From the IMG/VR virus record IMGVR_UViG_2061766007_000865: a stretch of DNA of 59,745 nucleotides; one strand, 5' to 3'. Source of the DNA: an uncultured virus (IMG/VR IMGVR_UViG_2061766007_000865). Its lineage: Duplodnaviria; Heunggongvirae; Uroviricota; Caudoviricetes. Position 1 is the first letter of the stretch. Each line of letters starts with the position of its first letter. Below, one piece after another: positions 1 through 9,850 of the stretch. A program made the translations under genes and the position numbers. The notes under the pieces are model-generated. The model did no database searches and was not told the DNA's origin. It saw nothing but the letters and a program-made list of their open reading frames with translations.

Positions 1-335
1 CCAGCAAAGGAATTATCTCCGTACCATTCAAAGAACAATGTAATTTCCTCAACACCATTGAAAATACCTTTCTTACCGCTATTGTTTACAATTATCTCCC
101 TCAATACATCTTCATAATGTTCTTTGAAGTATCTAACTGCATCGCCAAAGCCCTCAGTATTTTCATCCACATATTGATGACGTGAACCAAACATGGTGAA
201 TTGCTTTTTTGTTGCTCCCTTTGGAGTATATTTAACTCTAAAGTTCTGCCCATCTAGCTTATTGAAAGCAACGACTTGCTCACCACGAAGTGTACCATCA
301 TCGAAAAACCTAGGTATGCTTCCGTATTCTTTCAT
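1..335 (-). CDS. RNA ligase (Rnl2-like nucleotidyltransferase), truncated by window edge; missing from ORF track
   Basis: Manual translation from ATG at 335 gives MKEYGSIPRF...AFNKLDGQNFRV...FGSR...LFFEWYGDNSFAG, with ligase motif I KxDGxN, GSR and motif III FxEWYG. Confidence 0.75.
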   Translation of the reverse strand, partial: MKEYGSIPRFFDDGTLRGEQVVAFNKLDGQNFRVKYTPKGATKKQFTMFGSRHQYVDENTEGFGDAVRYFKEHYEDVLREIIVNNSGKKGIFNGVEEITLFFEWYGDNSFA

Positions 336-921
336 TTTTCTGTTTTTCTAAAACCTCTTTTATTTTATGGTAATAACCACTAGGAGTACCAGTTCGGAGT
401 TTCTTAAAGCAATGAACAACTGAGTTGTATACATCAGTGTCTTCATCCCAAGTACTAGAGAAGCACCTACCATTTTTAGTCATAACATTACACTCAACAT
501 GATAGATAATCTTATAACTTCTCATATCCATCATAAGTGGCTTTATAGTAATCTTAGCACCTTTCTCCCTCTTTAGTTTGATTAGTTCCTCAGTTGCAGC
601 ATCAAGGTCAGTGTTGACCTCAAAGAAATAGTCCCTAATTGGCTCTAAATCATGGAGATTATTGAAGTCATCCATGATGGTCTTTCCATCATCAGCAGAT
701 TGATAAATCCAGCTAACATGGAAATTATATTTCTTGTATTGTGGTTCAAAAGAATAGATTCCGTCACCAGTATTATACCACATATCATTGCTTCCATATG
801 TACCAAGATTATTTAATCTATTCGTTCTACCGCCAAATGTATATGTGATAAAATAGTTTGTATCAGTATTATCTTGAACTTCCTCTATTTCTCTAAGGTA
901 TCTGTAGTATTTCATTTCCAA
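310..921 (-). CDS. hypothetical protein
   Basis: 203-aa ORF overlapping its neighbours in operon fashion. Confidence 0.7.
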   Translation of the reverse strand: MEMKYYRYLREIEEVQDNTDTNYFITYTFGGRTNRLNNLGTYGSNDMWYNTGDGIYSFEPQYKKYNFHVSWIYQSADDGKTIMDDFNNLHDLEPIRDYFFEVNTDLDAATEELIKLKREKGAKITIKPLMMDMRSYKIIYHVECNVMTKNGRCFSSTWDEDTDVYNSVVHCFKKLRTGTPSGYYHKIKEVLEKQKNERIRKHT

Positions 922-2228
922 GTATGAATGTTTTTATAGCTATACTCTATCTTGGTTAGAATAGGTATCAGAGTGTATATCCACCAAGCAGCTATGCCAT
1001 CTAATATATCTTCAAAGAATGAACTAGTATTATCCACAACCTTAAATTGGTAGTGTTTGAAGTCATATATGAACGAGTTGTCATATGTGTCTTCATTGCT
1101 TATATCGTTGCCAATAAGCAATATTGATACAAGTATATCAAGCACGAGTATAATAATCAAAAGTCCAATACTCTGCCCCTTTGTAAGTTCGTTCTTGATA
1201 TAATCGAAATCCTTAAACTCTTTGCGATGCCAAAGATTGATGTGTTTCTCAAGCCAATCTGGATATTTACTCAAATCCATTCTCGGATGTTCCCTGAAAT
1301 ACCTCTTGGTAGCAACCTCCAATTCTGGTTTATCACACCATGAGAATGGATTACACCAATCTATAGTACCTTTCTTGGTATTGTAGCCAAGACAAAGGAT
1401 GAATTCGTTCTTATTTCCACCTTGCCAATAGGATTTCTGTTTCTCAGATATTTCCACTGGTTTGTCTCTGAACACAAGTACATAGATACGGAACTGCTTC
1501 TTAGCACCATATATCGAATTAATATACTTGTATCTCTTATGGACTGTCTTTCCAGCCTTGAAACCAAGAATCACATCTTGGTCATATTCTCTAACCCTTG
1601 GATATCTGAACAGCCCTAATGAGTCAGCATCCTTATCGCTAATCTCCTCGAACTTGAAGATAGAATGAGACGCAAGTATCTTGTTCTGATAAGTTTCTGT
1701 CCATACATATGCCCTCACATGCTGCGGTGTGCCATCGTAATAGTAATCTTGTGCGTCACCATCGATTTTATAGTAGTCTCTATGCATATCTCGGAACACC
1801 ATCTTTGGATGTCCAAGTTCTGCCATAGCTCTGTCAAATTCGCCCTTATTATAGAAATTACGTTCCCACCCATCAGTGCTTACCCTATATGTCCAATGCT
1901 CTGGATGATAGTCTCTGTAGGAACAATCATATTCCTCTTCGTGCGTAATCGCATTTCCGTCTTTGTCGTAACCATCATGCACTGTTCTAGTACATGTTCT
2001 TTTAACCCATTCATCCCATTCATCATAATGGGTGATTTGGGTAATGTAGCCACCAAGATACTCAGTATCCATCTCATTCACTGCCACCATTGCTGACTTA
2101 AGCGATAGTGTGAATAGTACTGATACACCTACCAAACAAATATATTCCCACCATACAATATACTTCTTAAAGAAGATAAGAAGAATTAATGCAATGAAAA
2201 AGGGTAATAAATAAATAACTATCTCCAT
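912..2228 (-). CDS. membrane protein (two N-terminal TM helices, large soluble domain, C-terminal TM)
   Basis: 438 aa; hydrophobic segments at residues ~1-50 and ~355-375. Confidence 0.75.
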   Translation of the reverse strand: MEIVIYLLPFFIALILLIFFKKYIVWWEYICLVGVSVLFTLSLKSAMVAVNEMDTEYLGGYITQITHYDEWDEWVKRTCTRTVHDGYDKDGNAITHEEEYDCSYRDYHPEHWTYRVSTDGWERNFYNKGEFDRAMAELGHPKMVFRDMHRDYYKIDGDAQDYYYDGTPQHVRAYVWTETYQNKILASHSIFKFEEISDKDADSLGLFRYPRVREYDQDVILGFKAGKTVHKRYKYINSIYGAKKQFRIYVLVFRDKPVEISEKQKSYWQGGNKNEFILCLGYNTKKGTIDWCNPFSWCDKPELEVATKRYFREHPRMDLSKYPDWLEKHINLWHRKEFKDFDYIKNELTKGQSIGLLIIILVLDILVSILLIGNDISNEDTYDNSFIYDFKHYQFKVVDNTSSFFEDILDGIAAWWIYTLIPILTKIEYSYKNIHTWK

Positions 2229-2599
2229 ACTTTGCCGTTTTCTAAAATCACTTTCACGGTTTTCTTTTCCTTGTCAATTAATAGTGCATCCTTACCGCAG
2301 ATAACATCTTTCTCCAATACATTCTCCTCTGGATAGAACTCTGAGATAAAGGCTGAGAATATTTCATAACTGTATCTTCTATGAAAGAACGCTATTCCTT
2401 TATCGTACATCAAGAAATCAGTAAATTGGGTTTCTCCAAAAATATGCATGAGAAGTTTCTTATCAGCCCAATCAAGACCTTCTTTTCGAGTATTCCAGCT
2501 ACTATTTAAGTATTCCTTCCAATAAGGCAATAGTTTGGTTTCCTTAAGGAATCTTAAGGCTATTGACTTATTATGCCTAATGCTAGGGTTATTTACCAT
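2219..2599 (-). CDS. hypothetical protein, paralog family A
   Basis: FLKE..L..YW.EY...G.T.FT.FL...YP...IDKEKK motif shared with 2593, 4203, 4571 and 28653. Confidence 0.7.
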   Translation of the reverse strand: MVNNPSIRHNKSIALRFLKETKLLPYWKEYLNSSWNTRKEGLDWADKKLLMHIFGETQFTDFLMYDKGIAFFHRRYSYEIFSAFISEFYPEENVLEKDVICGKDALLIDKEKKTVKVILENGKVWR

Positions 2600-2955
2600 T
2601 CTATCTTAATTTTTTTCTTTTCTTTGTCAATGGAAACCATGTCTCTGGATGAATCAAATACTAGTTCTTCATAATTAGGGTACATTTTCTTGACATACTC
2701 ACCAAATATCTCGAACAAGCAGTATCCATAAATGGTATCACCATTTTTTTGTTTGTGCTGTAAAACAAAATCAGTAAAACAAGTACACCCTAAAATGTCG
2801 GTTATGGAACACTTTTCGGAATCGACCCAACTCATAGCATTTCTAGTACCATAACAATACTTTATCCATAAACCATATAACCCCACTTCCTTGAGGAAAC
2901 GTGAGGTTATACGAAGATATTCTTGTTTGTCTTTAGAAAAGTTTGACATTATCAT
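2593..2955 (-). CDS. hypothetical protein, paralog family A
   Basis: Same motif: FLKEVGLYGLW...LGCTCFTDF...YP...IDKEKK. Confidence 0.7.
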   Translation of the reverse strand: MIMSNFSKDKQEYLRITSRFLKEVGLYGLWIKYCYGTRNAMSWVDSEKCSITDILGCTCFTDFVLQHKQKNGDTIYGYCLFEIFGEYVKKMYPNYEELVFDSSRDMVSIDKEKKKIKIEW

Positions 2956-3478
2956 CCACTCCAGTTTCCATTACTTGCTTACTTTGACTTGAAGATACTA
3001 CAGTATACTCAATCTCAGACTGGTTGGTTATGAACCAACGTCCAGGATATGTACTACACAGTGTACTATGCTGTCTCTTGATGTCAATCATCCTCTCTTG
3101 TGCATGTTTGAACTGAGTGCGCTGTACCTCGATGGCATCCATCACATCCTTGTAAAGGCTTGAATCGAAGTTAGGATTAGCTTCCTTAATCCATTTCATT
3201 AATGTACCATCACCTTGCGAGTAACGACCACTGATAATGTGAGTGTAAATGGAATCGAATCCCTCACGATACTCTTGAGATACTTGAGCTTTCTGAGAGA
3301 TAATCTTCCACATGGCATCGTGCACACCTTCTACCTTATCACGCTGTGCCTCAGCTTGTTTACGAAGGGACACCTCTTGGTTGTTATAGTTGAAATAACT
3401 ACCCACCCCAATGATTGTACCCAAAGCTACGATAATAATCATAGCAATTACTACGATTGTTTTAACTCCACTATTCAT
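2933..3478 (-). CDS. N-terminally membrane-anchored helical protein (LemA-like architecture)
   Basis: Single N-terminal TM then coiled-coil-like helices; directly downstream of the promoter at 3508-3541. Confidence 0.5.
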   Translation of the reverse strand: MNSGVKTIVVIAMIIIVALGTIIGVGSYFNYNNQEVSLRKQAEAQRDKVEGVHDAMWKIISQKAQVSQEYREGFDSIYTHIISGRYSQGDGTLMKWIKEANPNFDSSLYKDVMDAIEVQRTQFKHAQERMIDIKRQHSTLCSTYPGRWFITNQSEIEYTVVSSSQSKQVMETGVDDNVKLF

Positions 3479-3507
3479 TTTATTTTTAATTTTAAATTAA
3501 ACTCTGT

Positions 3508-3541
3508 TGCAAAGATACGAAAAAATTTCGAGCCTACCAAA
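3508..3541 (-). promoter_or_regulatory. Bacteroidota housekeeping-sigma promoter (-33 TTTG / -7 TAnnTTTG)
   Basis: Minus strand TTTGG-N19-TATCTTTGCA. The same motif and spacing recur at 5846, 14484, 20524, 27104, 30144, 36613, 38823, 41372, 47418, 52159, 58848, 59602 and elsewhere. Confidence 0.8.
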
Positions 3542-3555
3542 AATTTTAGTATAAA

Positions 3556-3882
3556 TTAACGATTATCCTTTTTAACTGCTTTCTTAAACAAGAAATAAGG
3601 GTCGTATGACTCACAGTATGCTGGTCCGTCATAAACAACGCTCCAACCTTGGTCACGATAGACATCCTCGAAATCGAGAAGATGTTCATCAAAGATTTCC
3701 TTTCTTGAGTAATTAGACCTACCTATGACACCCTTAACGATGTCATCTTGCATAATCCTAGCTTCCCTACCATCCCATTCCTTCTTCAGTAGCTCATTGA
3801 CTACCTCGATAACGACACTAGGAAACTCTTCTTTTCTCTGAGCAACAAGCTCATTAGGACTGATTGCTTTAACTTTTGTCAT
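3556..3882 (-). CDS. hypothetical protein
   Basis: 108-aa ORF in a minus-strand operon. Confidence 0.7.
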   Translation of the reverse strand: MTKVKAISPNELVAQRKEEFPSVVIEVVNELLKKEWDGREARIMQDDIVKGVIGRSNYSRKEIFDEHLLDFEDVYRDQGWSVVYDGPAYCESYDPYFLFKKAVKKDNR

Positions 3883-3889
3883 TTTTCAG

Positions 3890-4222
3890 TTATTTAAGAA
3901 CCTCAATAATCTTCTCTAGAACTGCATCACTTACCTCATTAGCCCAGAGGATAGTGCGAGTTGGAACATCAACCCCAAACTCAATGCGTACATCTGAATC
4001 AGTGGCATCAGAGTAATCCTCTTTTGAACAAGTGACTGAAACGTTGTCAATATGGGTGTTGCCCACATACTTGTCAATCTTAAGCTTCTTGATATATACT
4101 CGATTAACGAGTCCATCACGTGTGCAATCTGAACTGATTGCATCTGCTTTGCTATATGCCTCACCATTACTGAGAATAGCATCAAAAATCAAACGAATCT
4201 TTTCAAATCTTCTCATATTCAA
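3890..4222 (-). CDS. hypothetical protein
   Basis: 110-aa ORF in operon. Confidence 0.65.
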   Translation of the reverse strand: MNMRRFEKIRLIFDAILSNGEAYSKADAISSDCTRDGLVNRVYIKKLKIDKYVGNTHIDNVSVTCSKEDYSDATDSDVRIEFGVDVPTRTILWANEVSDAVLEKIIEVLK

Positions 4223-4574
4223 TTTTTATTGTTCTTTTTTCTTTGTCTATACAATTTGATATCATATCATATTTATATGTCATGAATAAGTTGTCTTGCT
4301 TATCATATCGTTGAAAATATGAGGGGTAGAACACAAACAGCCAACACCTGAAATAGTTGTAAAAATTGCCATGTTTTAAGTTTATCCCTTTTTTGCGCCT
4401 CATCCAGTGTGAGATTGTTGTATTTCCAAGATTCTCAATTGGGTTTTCCTTGTTTTCACGGAATGGCATATCGTCCGTAATATCATGGCGGCAATGGTCG
4501 CAATATTCCTTGAATTCGTTATAGAATCCGACTTCTTTGAAGAATCGGACTATCAATTTATACTCTTTAGTCAT
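4203..4574 (-). CDS. hypothetical protein, paralog family A
   Basis: FFKEVGFYNEF...LGNT...YP...IDKEKR. Confidence 0.7.
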   Translation of the reverse strand: MTKEYKLIVRFFKEVGFYNEFKEYCDHCRHDITDDMPFRENKENPIENLGNTTISHWMRRKKGINLKHGNFYNYFRCWLFVFYPSYFQRYDKQDNLFMTYKYDMISNCIDKEKRTIKIEYEKI

Positions 4575-4990
4575 GTTTTTCTCACAATCTCTTTAAAATT
4601 ACCGATTTCCTTGTATTTTCTCATATCAGCGATATAATCACTAGGCACAATACATTCATCACAAATTGCAACTTGTGTGTGAGTCAATAAAAAAGCCCTG
4701 AACCATCTAACTATTGGTGCTTGATATTTAAATCTAACACCCTTCCGATTTAGATAGTCTGTAAAGTTTACGCTGCCAAACACCCTATCTATGGACGTGT
4801 AAACACTTGGGTTGTGCCCACTTAGACTCGTTGATTCTTTAAATTGAGAACCTTTCTCTAGGGTCTTCAGATATTCCTTCCAATACCCTAAAAGACCAAG
4901 TTCCTTTAAAAAATATGTGACGTATTTATACTCTTCTCTAAATCGTTTAGCATCCATATGCCCTAACCTTTCTCCATGTATATCTGCCAA
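4571..4990 (-). CDS. hypothetical protein, paralog family A
   Basis: FLKELGLLGYWKEY...FGSVNFTDYL. Confidence 0.7.
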   Translation of the reverse strand: MADIHGERLGHMDAKRFREEYKYVTYFLKELGLLGYWKEYLKTLEKGSQFKESTSLSGHNPSVYTSIDRVFGSVNFTDYLNRKGVRFKYQAPIVRWFRAFLLTHTQVAICDECIVPSDYIADMRKYKEIGNFKEIVRKT

Positions 4991-5387
4991 ATGAGTCTTC
5001 TAGATATAACTCTGGCCATATATAATTCTTAATTGTAAACGAGAAAGCCGTTCTTCCATCGTTTCTAGCAAACTTAATGGCATTCCCATAATAGGTATAT
5101 ATCCATGTTTCCGTGAACCAGTCAGTGGTTCTCATTCTAACCATTGTAATATCGCAATACCATCCATCCAAGAACTTTATCTCCTTCAACTCGATATTAC
5201 CTACAATGCAGCCGTAATCCATCTGCCATGTGCCTAACAGCTTGTCAGCGCAGAAATAATCACCATTGTACGTAACCTTGGCTTGTTTGCCATCACTCTC
5301 ATGATACCCATCATCGTCCCATTCTGCATAAGGACATTCGCATGAGGCTATCACAATGGCAAATAAAATGAAGATAAACCTTTTCAT
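4947..5387 (-). CDS. putative lipoprotein
   Basis: MKR, hydrophobic stretch, IASC lipobox; LLGTW motif. Confidence 0.65.
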   Translation of the reverse strand: MKRFIFILFAIVIASCECPYAEWDDDGYHESDGKQAKVTYNGDYFCADKLLGTWQMDYGCIVGNIELKEIKFLDGWYCDITMVRMRTTDWFTETWIYTYYGNAIKFARNDGRTAFSFTIKNYIWPELYLEDSFGRYTWRKVRAYGC

Positions 5388-5821
5388 ACCTCGTAAACCC
5401 TTATAATTTTCTTGTCCTTTTTCGCTTGTTCTAGCTTCCGCTTAGCTTGAATCTTATCGTCTTCGTATTTGTCAATCTTCTCCTTTAACTCCTTTAAATC
5501 TGTAGCAGCTAAACGATAAGAATTCTCTCCACATCTAGAGTCAATGTCAACATAGACTAAACCATCGTTTAAGCAGTATTTCGCAATGTCAATCTTATGC
5601 TTCTTATATTTGATTGGGAAAGCCTTAATAACCGACAAATTATATTTAGCATCATCAAGGGTTTCATACTTTATAACACCGCTAAAGTAATCTAAGACTT
5701 GCCATCGTCCATAAACCTTTATATAGCCAATATAAACCTCTTCATAGTTATGCCACTTGAGAAGACCTTTATATTGGATGATGAATCCCTCACCAGTTTC
5801 TACGATTCTAAATTTTTTCAT
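5384..5821 (-). CDS. hypothetical protein
   Basis: Start moved to MKKF (5821), just downstream of the promoter at 5846-5879. Confidence 0.65.
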   Translation of the reverse strand: MKKFRIVETGEGFIIQYKGLLKWHNYEEVYIGYIKVYGRWQVLDYFSGVIKYETLDDAKYNLSVIKAFPIKYKKHKIDIAKYCLNDGLVYVDIDSRCGENSYRLAATDLKELKEKIDKYEDDKIQAKRKLEQAKKDKKIIRVYEV

Positions 5822-5893
5822 ACCTTGTATTTTTTTATTTCTCATTGCAAAGTTACGAAAAAAAATCAAATCTACCAAAAAAATTAATATAAT

Positions 5894-6259
5894 TTAACAA
5901 TTATCTTTGTTCACCTTTAAAGTTTTCTTCATCAGTTTGTTAAGCACTGGGACATATTTGTAACCGTATCTTTTAAGCTTGTCCACAATAAGTCGTATCT
6001 CTTCTTTTGTTGGTTCATAGAAATCCCAATAGTCTATCATGCCCCAAGGATAGTCTTCATAGCCTTCTGAAAAATACCATTCTTTATATTCAACGTCATA
6101 GAAGATGTGTCCATAGATTTTTAATTGTCCATGCTCCATAGCTTTTACTTTTGTGACCAACAATAACCAATCGGAATAACCACCTTTTCCTTTAGCAAAT
6201 GTAATTATACCTCTTGTGTTTATGTTAATATCAACTTTTCTTCTTAACATGTTCTTCAT
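5894..6259 (-). CDS. hypothetical protein, paralog family B
   Basis: C-terminal GYKY...LNKL, shared with the two upstream genes. Confidence 0.65.
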   Translation of the reverse strand: MKNMLRRKVDININTRGIITFAKGKGGYSDWLLLVTKVKAMEHGQLKIYGHIFYDVEYKEWYFSEGYEDYPWGMIDYWDFYEPTKEEIRLIVDKLKRYGYKYVPVLNKLMKKTLKVNKDNC

Positions 6260-6584
6260 ACCCTTCTAACCTGTTAAATTCCTTGTTATACTTCAGAAAC
6301 CCATATATTTCCAATATCCTATCTATCTCCCTATAATCCTCTGCTGTATGGGGTCTTTCAATTTTCACAAGCCTTGAGAAGCCTATAGTAGTGTTTAGTT
6401 CTATGTCCCCATTTAGAATAACTGCAACAAGGCAAGGACATCCACCCCATTCAAATGCTAGCCTCCCTTGTTGGATGCTTCTTGAGGAAGCATCCATGCT
6501 TGGGGAGAAAATCATGAAGTTCCTATACTTTCCTCCACCTTCCAAGTCGTATATGGCTTTATATACTTGTCCTTTCTTCAACAT
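6231..6584 (-). CDS. hypothetical protein, paralog family B
   Basis: LKKGQVYK...IFSP...KYNKEFNRL. Confidence 0.65.
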   Translation of the reverse strand: MLKKGQVYKAIYDLEGGGKYRNFMIFSPSMDASSRSIQQGRLAFEWGGCPCLVAVILNGDIELNTTIGFSRLVKIERPHTAEDYREIDRILEIYGFLKYNKEFNRLEGYEEHVKKKS

Positions 6585-6925
6585 AATACCAATTTATTTA
6601 ATTTCCTATTATATGTTATGCCTAACATGGTCACTACTTTTCTTATATCCCCAAGGTCTTTACTGTCTAAAGGAAGAACTTCACAGCTCTCATAAAATGA
6701 AGTCTGAGCATCTTCACCAATAGCCGTTCCATCAAAGCATATAACGAAATGACAATCAAATGGAGTATATCTTTCCATTCTTGATGACAAATAAGAAAGT
6801 AACTTTAGATTCTCAGTGTCAATATCCTTTATCGGAGAACATATTATATAATTCCTCCACTTACTAGGATAGTATCCTCGAAAGTCATGTCTTATTTTGT
6901 ATACTTTATCCTTCTCCAATATCAT
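6578..6925 (-). CDS. hypothetical protein, paralog family B
   Basis: LEKDKVYK...ICSP...TYNRKLNKL. Confidence 0.65.
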   Translation of the reverse strand: MILEKDKVYKIRHDFRGYYPSKWRNYIICSPIKDIDTENLKLLSYLSSRMERYTPFDCHFVICFDGTAIGEDAQTSFYESCEVLPLDSKDLGDIRKVVTMLGITYNRKLNKLVLC

Positions 6926-7017
6926 GTTGCAAAATTACGAAAAAAAGTTGAGGTGACAAATTTAATTAAGTTTTTTTAACCAATTTGTTTAAAACAGATA
7001 CAAACTTATACCCTCTC

Positions 7018-7545
7018 TCATTTGCCTATAACGTATTTGAGCCATTCAGTGACACTTTTACCATGAACTTCAAGGCAAGCTTGTTTAGCTAGCCTAATAG
7101 CTGTCTTTGCTGCAATTGCAAAGTTATCAAAGCCACGTTCAGTTCTATTCATCATGTAATTGAATGGGTAGTATATATCAAACTCGTATTCATACCAATA
7201 ACCATCCAGATGAATAGCTGGCCTAATGATTATTTTGATATTCCTAACTTTCCTTAACCAATATAGAGCGTTACTTATTCTTTTGTCGTTATCACAGTTA
7301 TCCACTATAACGAAATAGTGGTTAAAGTCTTCTAGTTCAAAATAATCACAGCGACTTAAAGCACTACTTCTTACAACGTAGCCCTCTCTATAGCCATCAA
7401 ATTTCTCCCTTTCCTTCTCATCTATGTCATATATGCAAACTGCTATATAGTATTTCATTGATTCGTACCTCTCAAAAGATTTTTGGCACATAACCAATTG
7501 ATACCTATAAGATGCCATACGAGTGGTAATACCTTTTCTAATCAT
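7018..7545 (-). CDS. hypothetical protein
   Basis: 175-aa ORF coupled to the NADAR gene. Confidence 0.65.
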   Translation of the reverse strand: MIRKGITTRMASYRYQLVMCQKSFERYESMKYYIAVCIYDIDEKEREKFDGYREGYVVRSSALSRCDYFELEDFNHYFVIVDNCDNDKRISNALYWLRKVRNIKIIIRPAIHLDGYWYEYEFDIYYPFNYMMNRTERGFDNFAIAAKTAIRLAKQACLEVHGKSVTEWLKYVIGK

Positions 7546-8048
7546 TTCTTTTCTTCTAATAGCCTATTTCTCACCTCGTCAAGAACTTTCCCCAATAAGT
7601 TCTGACCTTTCCAGTTTTTCTCATCATCAATTAATGGGTCACTTTCATGTAAGCCACACCCCCACAGCTGGTCCTTGGGACTAGATTCGCAAAAGTGTTT
7701 ACCTTCCAACTCTGGATTCAGCAGCAACTCCTTCAACTCTTCATTCTGTGAATACTTGTAGTAGTTGGCATCAACCATGACTTTATAACGCATCTTATTC
7801 CATACCTTATCATCATAGTTTCTAACCATTCTACCAAGAGTCTTTGCCATCTTTGGGCTGTTACCCTCAAAGAGAATCCTCATTGCAATCTCCTTATCAT
7901 CAAAAGCAAGGGCTTTCTCATACATGAAATACTGTTCTGAATTGTAGAAGGTAAGCTTCTTACCATCACGTTCTACAACGAAGTGACAATGGAACCAGTT
8001 TGATGGCCATTCACCCCAAAAGAAAATATGTTTATCAGTTACTTTCAT
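7542..8048 (-). CDS. NADAR (YbiA-like) family protein
   Basis: SNWF, SEQYFMYEKA, KTLGR.V, ESSP.D.LWG.G and GQNLLGKVL..VR motifs. Confidence 0.9.
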   Translation of the reverse strand: MKVTDKHIFFWGEWPSNWFHCHFVVERDGKKLTFYNSEQYFMYEKALAFDDKEIAMRILFEGNSPKMAKTLGRMVRNYDDKVWNKMRYKVMVDANYYKYSQNEELKELLLNPELEGKHFCESSPKDQLWGCGLHESDPLIDDEKNWKGQNLLGKVLDEVRNRLLEEKK

Positions 8049-8575
8049 ATCTTAAGCATTCTAGGATTTAAAAATTATTTTCTTCAATTTATACAGTTTA
8101 TTTGCTTTTTTCAATATCATAATGCAAATATATAAAAAAAACGTGAGATAACCAAATNNNNNNNNNNNNNNNNNNNNNNNNNNNNNNNNNNNNNNNNNNN
8201 NNNNNNNNNNNNNNNNNNNNNNNNNNNNNNNNNNNNNNNNNNNNNNNNNNNNNNNNNNNNNNNNNNNNNNNNNNNNNNNNNNNNNNNNNNNNNNNNNNNN
8301 NNNNNNNNNNNNNNNNNNNNNNNNNNNNNNNNNNNNNNNNNNNNNNNNNNNNNNNNNNNNNNNNNNNNNNNNNNNNNNNNNNNNNNNNNNNNNNNNNNNN
8401 NNNNNNNNNNNNNNNNNNNNNNNNNNNNNNNNNNNNNNNNNNNNNNNNNNNNNNNNNNNNNNNNNNNNNNNNNNNNNNNNNNNNNNNNNNNNNNNNNNNN
8501 NNNNNNNNNNNNNNNNNNNNNNNNNNNNNNNNNNNNNNNNNNNNNNNNNNNNNNNNNNNNNNNNNNNNNNNNNNN

Positions 8576-9840
8576 CAAATAACTCAAAGACATTATTCTC
8601 ATTTTCATCCAAAAGAAGAAAAAAAAGATACTGTTAGAGATTTTTGTATTGAAAATAATATAGTCCCCTTTAGGCCAACATTAATTGAAGATAATCTAAC
8701 ACTAGAAGAATCCCAGATTAAAGAAAAATATTGGTGTGATAAATATGTAGAAAATGGGTGGAAATTACNNNNNNNNNNNNNNNNNNNNNNNNNNNNNTAC
8801 ACACTAGCTCTATAGGCGGCATAGGAATTAAATGGACTGAAGAAAAATGTTATGAAGAAGCAAAAAAATATAGTTTCATTATTGATTTTAGGAATAATGC
8901 TTCACAAGCATATAAAGTCTCATTAAAAAGAGAATGGATAAAAAACTATACATGGCTTAAAAGAAAACATCATGAAAAAAATTATTGGACTTATGAAAAA
9001 TGTTATGAAGAAGCCAAAAAATATAAAGCTCTTAGTACTTTAAGAATTGAGAATGGTACTTTATACGCAAAAGCTTGCGAAAATGGCTGGANNNNNNNNN
9101 NNNNNNNNNNNNNNNNNNNNNNNNNNNNNNNTCTGAGGTAAAGGAATTTAGAGATAACGATGGATTAGTATATGTGTGCGCTTGTAGAAATGGTTGGATA
9201 AATGATTATAATTGGCTAATTAAAGAAAGTGAAAAAAGGAAAATAAACGCAAAAATAAAGAAAGAAGAAAGAAAACGTATTAAAGAAGAAAAACTTAAGG
9301 AGAAAAAACTCAAACTTATTGAAAAAATGCTTTTAAAAGAGAAAAATAAAATCGATGCTGCTGAAAAAAAGAAGATAATAAAAGAAGAACTTANNNNNNN
9401 NNNNNNNNNNNNNNNNNNNNNNNNNNNNAGAAAAGACTAAAATAATTAAGCAACGTGCTTTCGAAAAATTTGGAGATAAAATAGACACATCAATATTAGA
9501 ATATACTGGACCTTTTAATAAAATAAAATTTATTTGTCATAAACATGGTATACAAAAAGCATACCCAGATAAATTTTTAAAAAGCCCTTGTGGGTGTAAA
9601 TTATGTTCTTTTGAACAATCAAAAAAAGGATATATAGGAGATATTGACGAATTAGAAAAGATATTAAGATACACATATGGCGATAAATCTTATATTGATA
9701 GAACTACATTTAAATCATATAGAGAGAAATGTTATGCTTATTTCGAAAAAGGGCAACGATTAGATGAAAATGGAGGTAAATGGATTTATCCAGAAAATAT
9801 AAAACAAGCATATAAAAATAAGTTAAGGAAAAGTCCTTAA
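8576..9840 (+). CDS. GIY-YIG-like homing endonuclease with repeated WTxEKCYEEAKKY units and a C-terminal Zn-binding motif; broken by N-gaps, start in gap
   Basis: Fragments QRHYSH...EESQIKEKYWCDKYVENGWKL, WTEEKCYEEAKKY / WTYEKCYEEAKKY, and ICHKHG...CGCKLC. More AT-rich than neighbours and the only clear plus-strand gene. Confidence 0.65.
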
Positions 9841-9849
9841 CTTATTTTT
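9814..9849. terminator. bidirectional intrinsic terminator between convergent genes
   Basis: Perfect inverted repeat AAAAATAAGTTAAGGA-aaag-TCCTTAACTTATTTTT. Confidence 0.75.
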
Positions 9850-9850
9850 C

